From NCBI GenBank assembly GCA_029932605.1, contig JAOZPT010000001.1:5837-69836 (forward strand): a DNA stretch of 64,000 bases, read 5' to 3'. The first letter of the stretch is position 1. Each line of letters starts with the position of its first letter. The stretch comes from Candidatus Zixiibacteriota bacterium (lineage in GTDB: Bacteria; Zixibacteria; MSB-5A5; UBA10806; 4484-95). Position numbers and translations under genes: made by a program. This document shows positions 46,700-57,099 of the stretch, piece after piece. The notes under the pieces are model-generated. The model was not told the DNA's origin and did not search any database. It worked only from the letters and a program-made list of their open reading frames with translations.

Positions 46700-49102
46700 A
46701 TGTATGCAGAGGTAGCATTACCCGGCACAGGTTTCAAGACCTTTACATATATCATTCCCCCAAAGCTGAAATCATCGATAAGGCCGGGTGTACCGGTGAT
46801 GGTTCCTCTTCGGAATTACTCAGCGGTCGGCGTTGTAATGGCGCTGAGCGATAAGAATCCTGCAAAAGAAAAAGAGTTAAAGGAAATCAGCGGCTTAATC
46901 GATCCGGTCTTCACTTTGACAGCAAAACACCTTACTCTGATTAACTGGATTGCCGATTATTACATTTGTCCTGTTGGTGATGTCTTAAAAGCCTCATTCC
47001 CACCTGATGTAATCGGGCGGACAAAAATGAGGGTTTTTGCAAGCAAAAAGATTCCACATGAACCAAAATGGAATTATGTTTATGAAAGAATAAGGTCTAA
47101 GACCGAAGGCTATGCTTATAAAAAGAGCAAACCTATTGTTTCGGGGGTGTCAAATGCCCTTGTTAATAAAATGATAAAGGCTGGTTTTCTATACTTATCC
47201 GTTGATTACAGGGTTCAGAAACCGGTTGCCAGATTATTCGCTTGTATTAAGCCTGATATCGATATCTCATCTTCAGGGCAACAGTTATCTTCTCGAAGGA
47301 GAGAACTTCTGGAGCTTATGTGGGGTTACCCGTCAGGCATGGCTGTTTCAAAGCTGGTTGCTTTAGGTTTTTCGAGAGCCTTGATCGAGGCTATGGCAAG
47401 AGATGGATTTTTAGAGATTAAAGCACAGTACGATAGTGCGATTGTATCGCCAAAAGATGATTTCTTAAAAGATTTCGTGTTAAATAAAGACCAACAAAAG
47501 GCGGTTGAATCGATTAACGAATCGCTGGAGAAGAATATCGTCAACACTTACCTGCTTTTTGGAATAACTGGCTCTGGAAAAACGCAGGTTTATATAGAGG
47601 TTGCCCGTAAGGCATTGACCATGGGCAAATCAGTGTTGATACTTCTGCCTGAGATATCGTTAACCCCACAGGCAATTAAGAGATTTTCTGAGTCATTAAG
47701 ATGTCCAATTGGGATATGGCATTCAAGAGTCACTGTTGCTCAGCGTGTTGATATTTATAAGCGGGCCAAAAAAGGTGAGTTGAGAGTTATACTCGGTGTA
47801 AGGTCAGCGGTTTTTGCCCCGTTAGAGAATCTTGGCCTTGTGGTAATAGATGAGGAACAGGATGATTTGTATAAACAGTCGGATCCGGCGCCCCGGTATA
47901 ATGCTCGTGATGTTGCTTTGATGAAAGCGAAAATCGAAGGGGCAACCACTGTGATGGGTTCGGCAACACCGTCGATGGAGAGTTTTTACAATGCCGAAAT
48001 AGGAAAGTATAAGCTTTTAAGGCTTCCTAAAAGATATGGTGGGGCTAAACTCCCCCGTGCTTATGCTATCGATTTAAAAAACGTTGAGGTGAATAAAAAA
48101 TATTGGCCATTGTCCGAGCCTTTCATTGATAGGATTTGTAATAACATCGCTGATGGCAAACAGGTGATTATCCTTCTTAATCGCCGTGGTTACTCGGGGT
48201 TATTATTATGCAAGGGATGTGGTTATATTGCGACCTGTCCAGATTGCCAGGTGGCAATGACATATCATAAACCAGGCGGGCAATTGCGTTGTCATTTTTG
48301 TGGCCTGGCGGTTAAAGCTCCTACTATCTGTCCTGAGTGTAAGGGTGTATCCTTTGATTATCGTGGTATAGGCACCCAGAAATTAGAGGAATTGTTGATT
48401 GAGATTCTTGGTGAAAAAGGGATTATAAGAATGGATTCCGATTCCACCTCACGCAAGGGTGCCCTGGAGAAAATAATATCAACCTTTGAGGTTGGTGAAA
48501 AACCAGTTCTATTAGGTACCCGGATGGTAACAAAGGGCCATCATTTTCCTAAGGTTGGTCTGGTTGGCGTTGTTTTGGCAGATACCGGCTTGCACCTGCC
48601 GGATTTCAGGGCTTCGGAGAAAGTGTTTCAACTGTTGGTCCAGTTTGCCGGTCGTGCCGGACGGTCTGGTAACAGTGATGGCCAGGGTGAGTTTATTGTT
48701 CAAACTTTTGACCCTTCCTCGGGGATTTTAGAATTTGCCACCGGTCAGGATTATGAGTTATTTTATCGCAAAGAGCTGTTACATCGCCGTGAACTTGGTT
48801 ATCCGCCGTTTGGTAAAATAATACGAGTTGTGTTTTCAGGTAGCGATGGTTCTTATACCCGGTGGGTGGCAAGGAAATCAGCCGATGAATTTACCTCTAA
48901 TTTAAAGACGGGCAAAATATTAGGGCCAGCGCCCACAAGAGTATTTCGGCTTGGGAAAAAATATCACTACCAGGTTGTTTTAAAAGGTAAGTTTTCTGCC
49001 GATTTCAAAGAGTGGTTGAAAGGTTTTTTAGGTGGTGGGCACTCATGGCAGAAAAAGTCGGTTATTATTAAGATCGATGTCGACCCGAGGGAGATGATAT
49101 AG
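46700..49102 (+). CDS. priA: primosomal protein N-prime (replication restart helicase PriA)
   Basis: 800 aa. Walker A LLFGITGSGKTQVY, DEEQD-type motif VIDEEQD, and Cys-rich zinc-binding insertion CKGCGYIATCPDCQVAMTYH ... CHFCG ... CPEC. Confidence 0.95.
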   Translation: MYAEVALPGTGFKTFTYIIPPKLKSSIRPGVPVMVPLRNYSAVGVVMALSDKNPAKEKELKEISGLIDPVFTLTAKHLTLINWIADYYICPVGDVLKASFPPDVIGRTKMRVFASKKIPHEPKWNYVYERIRSKTEGYAYKKSKPIVSGVSNALVNKMIKAGFLYLSVDYRVQKPVARLFACIKPDIDISSSGQQLSSRRRELLELMWGYPSGMAVSKLVALGFSRALIEAMARDGFLEIKAQYDSAIVSPKDDFLKDFVLNKDQQKAVESINESLEKNIVNTYLLFGITGSGKTQVYIEVARKALTMGKSVLILLPEISLTPQAIKRFSESLRCPIGIWHSRVTVAQRVDIYKRAKKGELRVILGVRSAVFAPLENLGLVVIDEEQDDLYKQSDPAPRYNARDVALMKAKIEGATTVMGSATPSMESFYNAEIGKYKLLRLPKRYGGAKLPRAYAIDLKNVEVNKKYWPLSEPFIDRICNNIADGKQVIILLNRRGYSGLLLCKGCGYIATCPDCQVAMTYHKPGGQLRCHFCGLAVKAPTICPECKGVSFDYRGIGTQKLEELLIEILGEKGIIRMDSDSTSRKGALEKIISTFEVGEKPVLLGTRMVTKGHHFPKVGLVGVVLADTGLHLPDFRASEKVFQLLVQFAGRAGRSGNSDGQGEFIVQTFDPSSGILEFATGQDYELFYRKELLHRRELGYPPFGKIIRVVFSGSDGSYTRWVARKSADEFTSNLKTGKILGPAPTRVFRLGKKYHYQVVLKGKFSADFKEWLKGFLGGGHSWQKKSVIIKIDVDPREMI

Positions 49103-49155
49103 CCCTTGACTGGTAGGTAGTAACCTTTTACATTGAAGTTCATTATGGAGGCAAG

Positions 49156-49815
49156 TTGATTACTTTAAATGACGTAAAACAAAACGAAAAAGTGGCTTTG
49201 TTGATATCCAAAGCTGATGAATTTCTGGGTATCATCGGTTACACGGAGCATGGTGAGAGGCACAGTTCGCTGGCATCCAATATTGCCTATAACATTATGA
49301 TTCGTCTTGGCAAGGGGGAGAAACGTGCCCAGCTTGCCGCTATTGCTGCCTATTTACATGATATCGGCAACGTTATCAACCGTGACTACCATGCCCAGAC
49401 GGCCTCGATTATAGCTATGAATATCCTTGATGAGATAGGTATGGAGTATAGTGATATTATCGAGGTCATCGCTGCTATTGGCAATCATGATGAAAAGGAT
49501 GGTAGCCCCATTTCGGATATTTGTGCGGCGGTTATTTTGGCTGATAAGTCCGACGTTCATCAGTCACGTGTGCGCAATCCCGAATTCATCAAGACGGATA
49601 TTCATGATCGGGTAAACTGGGCTGCCAAATCGTCATTTTTAAGAGTCGATGAGGTTAAGAAAAAGGTGATCTTGGAGATAAAGATCGATACTTCCGTATC
49701 CTCGGTAATGGAGTATTTTGAGATATTTTTATCACGAATGGTGGTTTGTCGTAGGGCGGCTGAATTTTTAGGATTAAAGTTTGAACTTGAAATCAACGGG
49801 TATAAACTTCTTTGA
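49156..49815 (+). CDS. HD-domain phosphohydrolase
   Basis: 219 aa. HGERHS ... YLHDIG ... metal-binding H/HD motifs. Confidence 0.65.
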   Translation: MITLNDVKQNEKVALLISKADEFLGIIGYTEHGERHSSLASNIAYNIMIRLGKGEKRAQLAAIAAYLHDIGNVINRDYHAQTASIIAMNILDEIGMEYSDIIEVIAAIGNHDEKDGSPISDICAAVILADKSDVHQSRVRNPEFIKTDIHDRVNWAAKSSFLRVDEVKKKVILEIKIDTSVSSVMEYFEIFLSRMVVCRRAAEFLGLKFELEINGYKLL

Positions 49816-50855
49816 AAAATCCTGCTTCTGAGTACGCTAAATCAGGCGTTGATATAAAAGCCTCTGATAAAGCCAAGTTGCTGATGAAAAAGCTGGTGGA
49901 GGGCACCTTTAATGGTAATGTTATCGGTGGCCATGGGGGTTTCGGCGGTTTGTATTCAATTAAGGAGCTTACCGGTGTTGACAAGATATTGGTAGGTTCA
50001 ACAGATTCTGTTGGTACCAAACTGAAACTTGCGTTTATGACCGGCCGACACGACACAGTAGGGCAGGACCTGGTTAACCATTTAGTCAATGATATCTTGT
50101 GCTGTGGGGCTAAGCCGATGTTCTTTTTCGACTACTTAGGGCTTGGGAGTATTTCGCCTGATACGGTTGTTGATATCGTAAAAGGCTTGGTTAAGGCTTG
50201 CGAGGAAAACAACACGGTATTGCTTGGGGGTGAAACCGCCGAGTTGCCCGGTTTTTACAACGAGGGTGAATATGACTTGGCTGGTTTTATCATTGGCTGG
50301 GTGGATAAAGATAGAATTATTGATGGCAAGTTAATTAAACCCGGGGATAAAATAATCGGTTTGGCCTCGTCTGGTCTTCATACAAACGGTTATTCATTGG
50401 CCAGACGGGCTTTTTTCGATATCGCTGGAATGAAACATGGCGATAAAATCGAGGAAACAGGCACTGAGGTTACCACAGAGCTTATGAAGGTCCATTATTC
50501 ATATTTGGATGTCGTTACGCCTTTGCTTGATTTAAGATTAATCAAGGGAATATCCCATATAACCGGTGGTGGTTTTGAGGGAAATATCAGAAGAATTATA
50601 CCTGATGGTATCTCAGCAGTTATCAAAACAGAAACCTGGCCGGTGCCTGGGATATTTAAGGCTATCCAGAGAATAGCTTCAGTTTCAGATTCTGAGATGT
50701 ACAGGGTGTTTAATATGGGTATAGGAATGGTTTTAGTTTGTAATACTCAGGACAGCGGTAAGGTAATTTCCTTTATAAAAGATGCAAATATTGACGTTTA
50801 TGAGATAGGATTTTGTGAGAAAGGGAGGCGAAGAGTGGTGGTTGAATTTGGTTAA
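49812..50855 (+). CDS. purM: phosphoribosylformylglycinamidine cyclo-ligase (AIR synthetase)
   Basis: 347 aa. AYAKSGVDI, GGFGGL and GSTDSVGTKLKLAF match PurM blocks. Overlaps the HD gene by 4 nt. Confidence 0.95.
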   Translation: MKNPASEYAKSGVDIKASDKAKLLMKKLVEGTFNGNVIGGHGGFGGLYSIKELTGVDKILVGSTDSVGTKLKLAFMTGRHDTVGQDLVNHLVNDILCCGAKPMFFFDYLGLGSISPDTVVDIVKGLVKACEENNTVLLGGETAELPGFYNEGEYDLAGFIIGWVDKDRIIDGKLIKPGDKIIGLASSGLHTNGYSLARRAFFDIAGMKHGDKIEETGTEVTTELMKVHYSYLDVVTPLLDLRLIKGISHITGGGFEGNIRRIIPDGISAVIKTETWPVPGIFKAIQRIASVSDSEMYRVFNMGIGMVLVCNTQDSGKVISFIKDANIDVYEIGFCEKGRRRVVVEFG

Positions 50856-50883
50856 CGATTCTCATACAATCAGGCGTCCGATT

Positions 50884-52410
50884 ATGCTTCTTATAATGGA
50901 TGGATTTGGTTTGAGCCAATCCGATTATTATAATGCTATAAAAGCCGCTAACACACCGAATTTTGATAGATTGTGGGCTAAATATCCTCATACGGCCCTG
51001 GGCGCTTCAGGATTATCGGTAGGTCTTCCTGATGGCCAGATGGGTAATTCTGAGGTGGGCCATCTTAATTTAGGTGCTGGGCGAATCGTTTACCAGGAGG
51101 TTACCCGTATTGATAAGTCAATCAGCGATGGCAACTTCTTTAACAATCCGGTGCTCGTTAATCTTATAGATAGACTTAAAAATCAGGATAAACCGCTTCA
51201 TTTAATGGGTCTTTTATCTGATGGTTGTGTTCATTCATCATTAGATCACCTCTATGCTATACTTGAACTTTGTCTAAAAGAAGGTTTGAAAAAAGTGTTT
51301 ATCCATGCTTTTCTTGATGGTCGAGATACTTCCCCATACGGAGGTGCCGATTATATCAACCAGCTAATCGGGAAATGTAAAGAGATAGGTATCGGCAAGC
51401 TAATGACGGTGATCGGTAGGTATTATGCCATGGATCGGGATAAGAGATGGCAGAGGACACAGGTGGCATATAACCTTATCTGTAAGGGTATCGGGGAAAA
51501 AACGGATGATTTTATAAAAACCGTCAAACAGCACTATGACCGGCAAAACACTGATGAGTTTATGGAACCTTTAATATTCTCAGAAGCCTTAGGAGAAAAT
51601 GGTCTTGTGCGTTCGGGTGAAGGTGTTATTTTCTTTAATTTCCGTGCCGATCGTGCCCGTCAGTTATGCCATGCTATAACAGATGATAAGTTTGACAATT
51701 TTGTTCGCCGTCCGAAAGTTATCGTGAATCTTGTTTCTCTGACGCATTACGATGATACTTTAAGGGCGGAGGTGGCTTTTCCCCAGGTAAAATTGGAGAA
51801 GATATTACCGGAGGTCATTTCAGAGGCTGGCCTAAAGCATTTGAAAATTGCTGAGACGGAAAAGTATCCTCATGTTACGTTCTTCTTTAATGGTGGCGTA
51901 GAGCGCACTCTTGAGGGTGAGGACAGGGTTTTAATCCCCTCGCCTAAAGTAGCTACATACGATCTGAAACCGGAGATGTCGGCACTGGAAGTCACCCAGG
52001 AGGTTTTAAAACGCATTGAATCTGGCAAGTATGATGTAATCATACTTAACTTTGCCAACTGTGATATGGTTGGCCATACTGGTATATTTAAGGCGGCTAT
52101 TAAGGCAGTTGAGGTAGTAGATAAGGGGTTGGGCGAGGTTGTTAACGCTGTTAGAGACGAAGGCGGTGTGGTGATGGTTACTGCCGACCATGGTAATGCC
52201 GAGGTTATGATGGGAAAAGATGGTAAGCCTTTTACTGCACATACGACCTCGCCGGTACCGTTTATTCTCGTAGATGATGAATACAATGGTCCACTTAGAA
52301 GCGGCGGGATTTTAGCCGACGTGGCTCCAACCATAATAGAATATCTGGGTTTAAAACAGCCATCAGTGATGACCGGGGGGTCGCTTATAGAGAAGGTTAA
52401 AGTATCTTAG
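50884..52410 (+). CDS. gpmI: 2,3-bisphosphoglycerate-independent phosphoglycerate mutase
   Basis: Start at MLLIMDGFG (the ORF track begins at 50815, overlapping purM). The metalloenzyme catalytic Ser region NSEVGHLNLGAGR and the iPGM domain order are present. Confidence 0.9.
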   Translation: MLLIMDGFGLSQSDYYNAIKAANTPNFDRLWAKYPHTALGASGLSVGLPDGQMGNSEVGHLNLGAGRIVYQEVTRIDKSISDGNFFNNPVLVNLIDRLKNQDKPLHLMGLLSDGCVHSSLDHLYAILELCLKEGLKKVFIHAFLDGRDTSPYGGADYINQLIGKCKEIGIGKLMTVIGRYYAMDRDKRWQRTQVAYNLICKGIGEKTDDFIKTVKQHYDRQNTDEFMEPLIFSEALGENGLVRSGEGVIFFNFRADRARQLCHAITDDKFDNFVRRPKVIVNLVSLTHYDDTLRAEVAFPQVKLEKILPEVISEAGLKHLKIAETEKYPHVTFFFNGGVERTLEGEDRVLIPSPKVATYDLKPEMSALEVTQEVLKRIESGKYDVIILNFANCDMVGHTGIFKAAIKAVEVVDKGLGEVVNAVRDEGGVVMVTADHGNAEVMMGKDGKPFTAHTTSPVPFILVDDEYNGPLRSGGILADVAPTIIEYLGLKQPSVMTGGSLIEKVKVS

Positions 52411-52421
52411 GGTTAGCCTGA

Positions 52422-53927
52422 GTGGTTATATCCCAAATAAAAAAAAAGGTCTTACTGGCAGCCATTTCTGCGCTACTTACAGTATTTGCCTTCCCTCCGT
52501 ATAAAACCGGTTTTTTTATTTATCTTTCTCCGCTTTTGTTACTATATGCTCTTGATGATATTTCATCTAAAACGTCTTTTGTTATTGGTTATATTTGGGG
52601 GCTTGTGTTCAATCTTGGCATTTTATACGGCGTATTCTGGGCGACCATTCCCGGAACATTTGGCATTCTTGCCATAATGTCTTTACTGCCGGCTATTATT
52701 TGCGCTATATACAAGTTCGTCTCCGCCAGGTCGAAAGTTTTAAGTTATATTATGTGGCCCTTGCTCTGGGTTGCCTGGGATTACCTTCGAACATTAACCC
52801 AGCTTAATTTCCCATGGGCGGATTACGGTTACACTCATAGTTATTATCTTGCCATGATTCAAATTGCTGAGATATTTGGCGTCTATGGTATTTCACTGAT
52901 GATACATATTGTCAATATCCTGTTATTTATATCGTTTAAATCAGATGTGATAGTTGTCAGGCGGCGGATTGCCTTTATAGTAGCGGTATTGTTGCCATGC
53001 GCATTTCTGGTTTATGGTTTATTCCGTTTGCCAGGTGAAGCGGAGGATGGCACATTGAAAGTCGCCATAGCCCAGGGTAATGTTACTCGTGACATAAAAT
53101 GGAAAAAGGGAGGAGTAGAGTACAGCCTTAACCTATTTTCCCAGATGACTCGCCAAGCAGCGGGTAAAGGAGCTGATTTGGTTATCTGGCCTGAAACTGC
53201 TATCCCGTTTTATTTATTGCATGAACCAAATAAATTAAACCGGGTAAAAAAGCTTGTGGATAGCGCTGATGTAAGATTGTTGACCGGCACTCCAGAGTAT
53301 TATAAGGTTGGAAAAAACGAGTATATTTATTTTAATGCTGCGGTTATGATTTCCCCCGCGGAAGATTCAATACCTGTTTATGAGAAGATGAAGCTGGTGC
53401 CGTTTAGCGAGCGGATACCTTTTTCCGAAAGGTTTAAGAAGCTGAGAGATATTCACCTTGGCCAGGCGGATTTTTCCCCGGGAAGGTATATGACGATTTT
53501 CTCATTTGACGATATTAAATATGCAACCGTGATTTGTTTTGAGTCAGTTTTTCCCGGTTATTGTGCTGAATTTTGCCGGAAGGGAGCCCAGTTTTTGGTG
53601 GTTATCACGAATGACATGTGGTTTGGTCCATCATCGCTTCCATACCAACATGCTCAGATGTCGATCTATCGAGCAATAGAAAATCGTCTACCTCTGGTTA
53701 GATGTGCTAACACTGGGATATCGATGTTCGTTGATCGATGGGGGAGAGTTTACAATCGCACAAAGATGTTTGAGAGAAAGCTGATAATGGGTACTATCAT
53801 ACCTGAACAATCTACGAGTATCTATAACCGCGTGGGTGATTTTTTGCCAATTTGTTGTATATTTGGTAGTATTCTGGTAATTGCCGTTGTGGTTTTTATG
53901 AAGGGGAGATATGATGGGAAATTTTAA
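52422..53927 (+). CDS. lnt: apolipoprotein N-acyltransferase
   Basis: 501 aa. N-terminal polytopic region plus C-terminal CN-hydrolase domain (VAIAQGNV ... WPETAIP ... CFESVF). Confidence 0.85.
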   Translation: MVISQIKKKVLLAAISALLTVFAFPPYKTGFFIYLSPLLLLYALDDISSKTSFVIGYIWGLVFNLGILYGVFWATIPGTFGILAIMSLLPAIICAIYKFVSARSKVLSYIMWPLLWVAWDYLRTLTQLNFPWADYGYTHSYYLAMIQIAEIFGVYGISLMIHIVNILLFISFKSDVIVVRRRIAFIVAVLLPCAFLVYGLFRLPGEAEDGTLKVAIAQGNVTRDIKWKKGGVEYSLNLFSQMTRQAAGKGADLVIWPETAIPFYLLHEPNKLNRVKKLVDSADVRLLTGTPEYYKVGKNEYIYFNAAVMISPAEDSIPVYEKMKLVPFSERIPFSERFKKLRDIHLGQADFSPGRYMTIFSFDDIKYATVICFESVFPGYCAEFCRKGAQFLVVITNDMWFGPSSLPYQHAQMSIYRAIENRLPLVRCANTGISMFVDRWGRVYNRTKMFERKLIMGTIIPEQSTSIYNRVGDFLPICCIFGSILVIAVVVFMKGRYDGKF

Positions 53928-56130
53928 GTATAATATGGTTTTGGCATTGATATTATTAAGTTTTTTATTAGGCTCTTCGCTTCTTTTTTCCGCTATTGGC
54001 GATTGGCAAAGTTTTACTTATTCTGATGATAGCAAAGATATCATAGCCGATAGTCAATTTGTATGGTGTGCTACTACCGGAGGTTTGATAAGGTGTGATA
54101 TCGAGACTGGGGAGCTTAAGAAGTTTCTGAACTCCGATGGTTTGGGTGATATTGAACTCTGGTCGGTTGAAATAGATACTGCTGGTGCCTTATTTGCCGG
54201 AGGCAGTAATGGGACGATTACTAAGATTGCAACCGATGGAGAGATAACCGTTTATGATTTTGAATACGACCCGGAGGTCCATTATGGCATTTTGGATATG
54301 GTCACTGATGGAGAAAAGTTATGGGTGGCTACCGAGGTCTGTGTGGCTGAATTTCTTATATATCACTATGGAGGAGAGTTCAGAGATAAAGCGGTTCAGC
54401 TTGGTGAAATTCCACGGGGCATTCCCGTTAATACTGTTCAGATTGTTGGTGATTATTTATGGGCTGGTACTGACAGCGGTGTAGCCTTTATCGACAAAGA
54501 TAACTATCTTCCTCAAGACCCGCAGAACTGGCGTTCCTATCGTCTTGATGAAAATGGTTTGACCGATGCCAGTATACATTCAATAACTTCTGTTGCGGAT
54601 ACCGTATTCATTGGCACAGGTGATGGTGTGTTTATGTTCGGGCAGGATTCAGTCTGGTATAATATTGGTCCCATTTCTGGGGTGATTTATGCTCTGGAAA
54701 ATTTCGGTGAAGAGCTCTATGCTGCAACCAACAACGGTATTTACCATCGTTACTTATCGGGTTGGGAGCTTTTACCCAATGATGGATTATTGAGTATCCA
54801 AGCTCGAGGGCTGGCTAAGGATAACCGAGGAGATATCTGGGCAGCTTTTCATCAGGGTGGGTTTTCTATGTATAACCAAACATCCTGGGATGTTTTTACT
54901 GTTCCGGGACCGGCGACAAACTTCATAATTGATATAGCCATCGACTCATCGAGAAATGTCTGGTTAGCTCATACCGTACCTGGTTATCTCTGTCTTGAGG
55001 GTGTTTCCAAATTTGATGGTTCAAATTGGTATATATATAATAGTTCAAATTCGGGAATCGGCAATAATGGAGCTGTTGCAGTTGAATACGATGTTTTCCA
55101 TGACCTTGTCTGGTTTGGTAGCTGGGGTGATGGTCTCTTCGGCTTTGACGGTGACACGCTTTGGGTAAATTACGATGAGACCAATAGTCCTTACAGGGGC
55201 TTGGTTGATGATACTTTTTATGTTGCCATCCCCGATATAGCTATTGATGAGCGAGGAAATATCTGGGGATTAAATCTCAAGGCGGCAAATCCTGAAGTTG
55301 TTATGGCCGTGTTTGACCCTGATGATTCTGTTTGGCTGGCTTATTATGAGAATCCTCAAGAGCAAATCCACAGGAATTATCAATTTGTAATGCATATAAA
55401 TGATAATAATGTTTATGTTGGCGGTGAGTATGTATACCGTCTGGATTTTGGATATAATTCTACTGATACTACTGATGACGAGTGGTTTGATGCGTTGGTT
55501 AAGATTGTCGATGTCTCGGCTTTGGCTTTTGATCAATCGGGGAGACTTTTTGTTGGTAGCGCCTCCGGTTTGATTTACTACGATTTCTTATTTGGCGATA
55601 CTTTTACGGTAGAGCTTCCCGATGGTTACCGTAGTTCGGTTAATACGATAGAAATCGATGGACTGGGTAACAAATGGATTGGCACCGATTCGGGGATTGT
55701 GGTATTAGCGAAAAATAATATAGCCTGGATAGATAGCTTCAAAACCTCAAATTCTTACCTTTTAGAAAATGAGGTTCAGGAGATAGAAATCGACAAAACG
55801 ACCGGCATTGTTTATGTTGGCACATCAAGGGGGCTTTCGATCTATGAATCGGGTTATGCTGCGGCATCGCCTGATTTGGAGGATATGGATGTTTATCCAA
55901 ATCCCGTAAAACCAGATGATAACAGAGTTAATTTTTTGCGTGTGCCTGCAGATGCCGAAATATTTATCTACACCACCGCCGGTGAATTAGTCAGGAGGTT
56001 TAAATATGAGAACACGAACTACTGGGATTTACTCAACGAGGGGAGACAAAAAGTTGCAGCCGGTATATACATTTTTTATGTTCGGTCTGGCCAACGATCG
56101 GGAACCGGCAAGATTGCTGTAATAAGATAA
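53911..56130 (+). CDS. two-component-regulator-propeller (Reg_prop) repeat beta-propeller protein with T9SS C-terminal sorting domain
   Basis: 739 aa. Signal peptide. Many W-x-G-T-x-x-G repeats (VWCATTGGLIRCD, LWAGTDSGVAFID, KWIGTDSGIVVL, VYVGTSRGLSIY). C-terminal YPNPV ... IFIYTTAGELV ... GIYIFYV matches the Por sorting tail. Confidence 0.7.
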   Translation: MMGNFKYNMVLALILLSFLLGSSLLFSAIGDWQSFTYSDDSKDIIADSQFVWCATTGGLIRCDIETGELKKFLNSDGLGDIELWSVEIDTAGALFAGGSNGTITKIATDGEITVYDFEYDPEVHYGILDMVTDGEKLWVATEVCVAEFLIYHYGGEFRDKAVQLGEIPRGIPVNTVQIVGDYLWAGTDSGVAFIDKDNYLPQDPQNWRSYRLDENGLTDASIHSITSVADTVFIGTGDGVFMFGQDSVWYNIGPISGVIYALENFGEELYAATNNGIYHRYLSGWELLPNDGLLSIQARGLAKDNRGDIWAAFHQGGFSMYNQTSWDVFTVPGPATNFIIDIAIDSSRNVWLAHTVPGYLCLEGVSKFDGSNWYIYNSSNSGIGNNGAVAVEYDVFHDLVWFGSWGDGLFGFDGDTLWVNYDETNSPYRGLVDDTFYVAIPDIAIDERGNIWGLNLKAANPEVVMAVFDPDDSVWLAYYENPQEQIHRNYQFVMHINDNNVYVGGEYVYRLDFGYNSTDTTDDEWFDALVKIVDVSALAFDQSGRLFVGSASGLIYYDFLFGDTFTVELPDGYRSSVNTIEIDGLGNKWIGTDSGIVVLAKNNIAWIDSFKTSNSYLLENEVQEIEIDKTTGIVYVGTSRGLSIYESGYAAASPDLEDMDVYPNPVKPDDNRVNFLRVPADAEIFIYTTAGELVRRFKYENTNYWDLLNEGRQKVAAGIYIFYVRSGQRSGTGKIAVIR

Positions 56131-56132
56131 TT

Positions 56133-57095
56133 TTGCCAGAGCTTGAGATAATAAAAGCGGATAAGACCCAATATCGAAACTGGGTTACTTCGGAACAACT
56201 TGATTTTTCAGGCTCGATATTTTATCACCCCGATTTTCTGGAGGTCGCCGCTGATATTTTAAACCTGCAGTTTAAACCGCTTATTTGCCTGTCATCGGGG
56301 AAGTTAACTGGTATCGTAAACCTCCTTATCGGCAACAGATTTAATGTCAAAACCGCTCTGATACCAAGGCTTTTCCAATATTATGGACCTGTGGCTATTG
56401 CCGGTAATACCGACGTCTTTGAATACGTAACAAAAACAATCGAGAATGAAATTGACACGGCTGTTTTTTCTATCAGGCCGGAGGAAAGTTTAAAGCCTGA
56501 TTTGTGCGGTTGGCATTTAAAAAATCGACTGACCTATTATCTTAGACCGGATACATTTGAAAATATGAAAAGCGATTGTTTTCCTGATGTAAAAAATAAA
56601 ATCAATAAGGCTGTAAAGGTTGGAATCAAGGTTGAGAACATCTCGCAATTTCCATATGAAATTTATCAGGCAAGCTTCAAAAGACAAAGAGCCACACCCC
56701 CTCTTGGAAAAGAGCTTTTGTCAGTTTGGGTGGAGCGTTTAACGAATTTGAATCTGGCCGCAACTTTTATCGCTGTCTTTGAGGGCAAACCAGTGTCCTT
56801 CAGGACCCAGCTTGTTTGGGGTGGTTATGCTTATGATTGGTTGGCGGGAGCTTATCCTGATTATAATCATCTCGGTGTAAATCAACTTCTAATTTTGAAA
56901 ATCGGTGAACAGTTTTATCGCAAAAGTGTTAAAAATTGGGACCTGCTTGGTGGAGATATTAAATCGATAGCTGGTTTTAAAAGATCTTTTGGCTCAATCC
57001 CCAAAACACATGTTCAGCTTGAAAAAAATTTCAGTATGAAAGGCAGAATTTACCGCTTGTTGATGAGGTTGAAAGCGGGTTTGAGACGTTTTTAG
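56133..57095 (+). CDS. FemAB-like / GNAT-fold acyl- or aminoacyl-transferase (EPS-locus type)
   Basis: 320 aa, TTG start. Size and layout are like FemAB-related proteins found next to CE4 deacetylases in exopolysaccharide loci (e.g. PEP-CTERM-associated subfamilies). Confidence 0.45.
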   Translation: MPELEIIKADKTQYRNWVTSEQLDFSGSIFYHPDFLEVAADILNLQFKPLICLSSGKLTGIVNLLIGNRFNVKTALIPRLFQYYGPVAIAGNTDVFEYVTKTIENEIDTAVFSIRPEESLKPDLCGWHLKNRLTYYLRPDTFENMKSDCFPDVKNKINKAVKVGIKVENISQFPYEIYQASFKRQRATPPLGKELLSVWVERLTNLNLAATFIAVFEGKPVSFRTQLVWGGYAYDWLAGAYPDYNHLGVNQLLILKIGEQFYRKSVKNWDLLGGDIKSIAGFKRSFGSIPKTHVQLEKNFSMKGRIYRLLMRLKAGLRRF

Positions 57096-57099
57096 TTTT

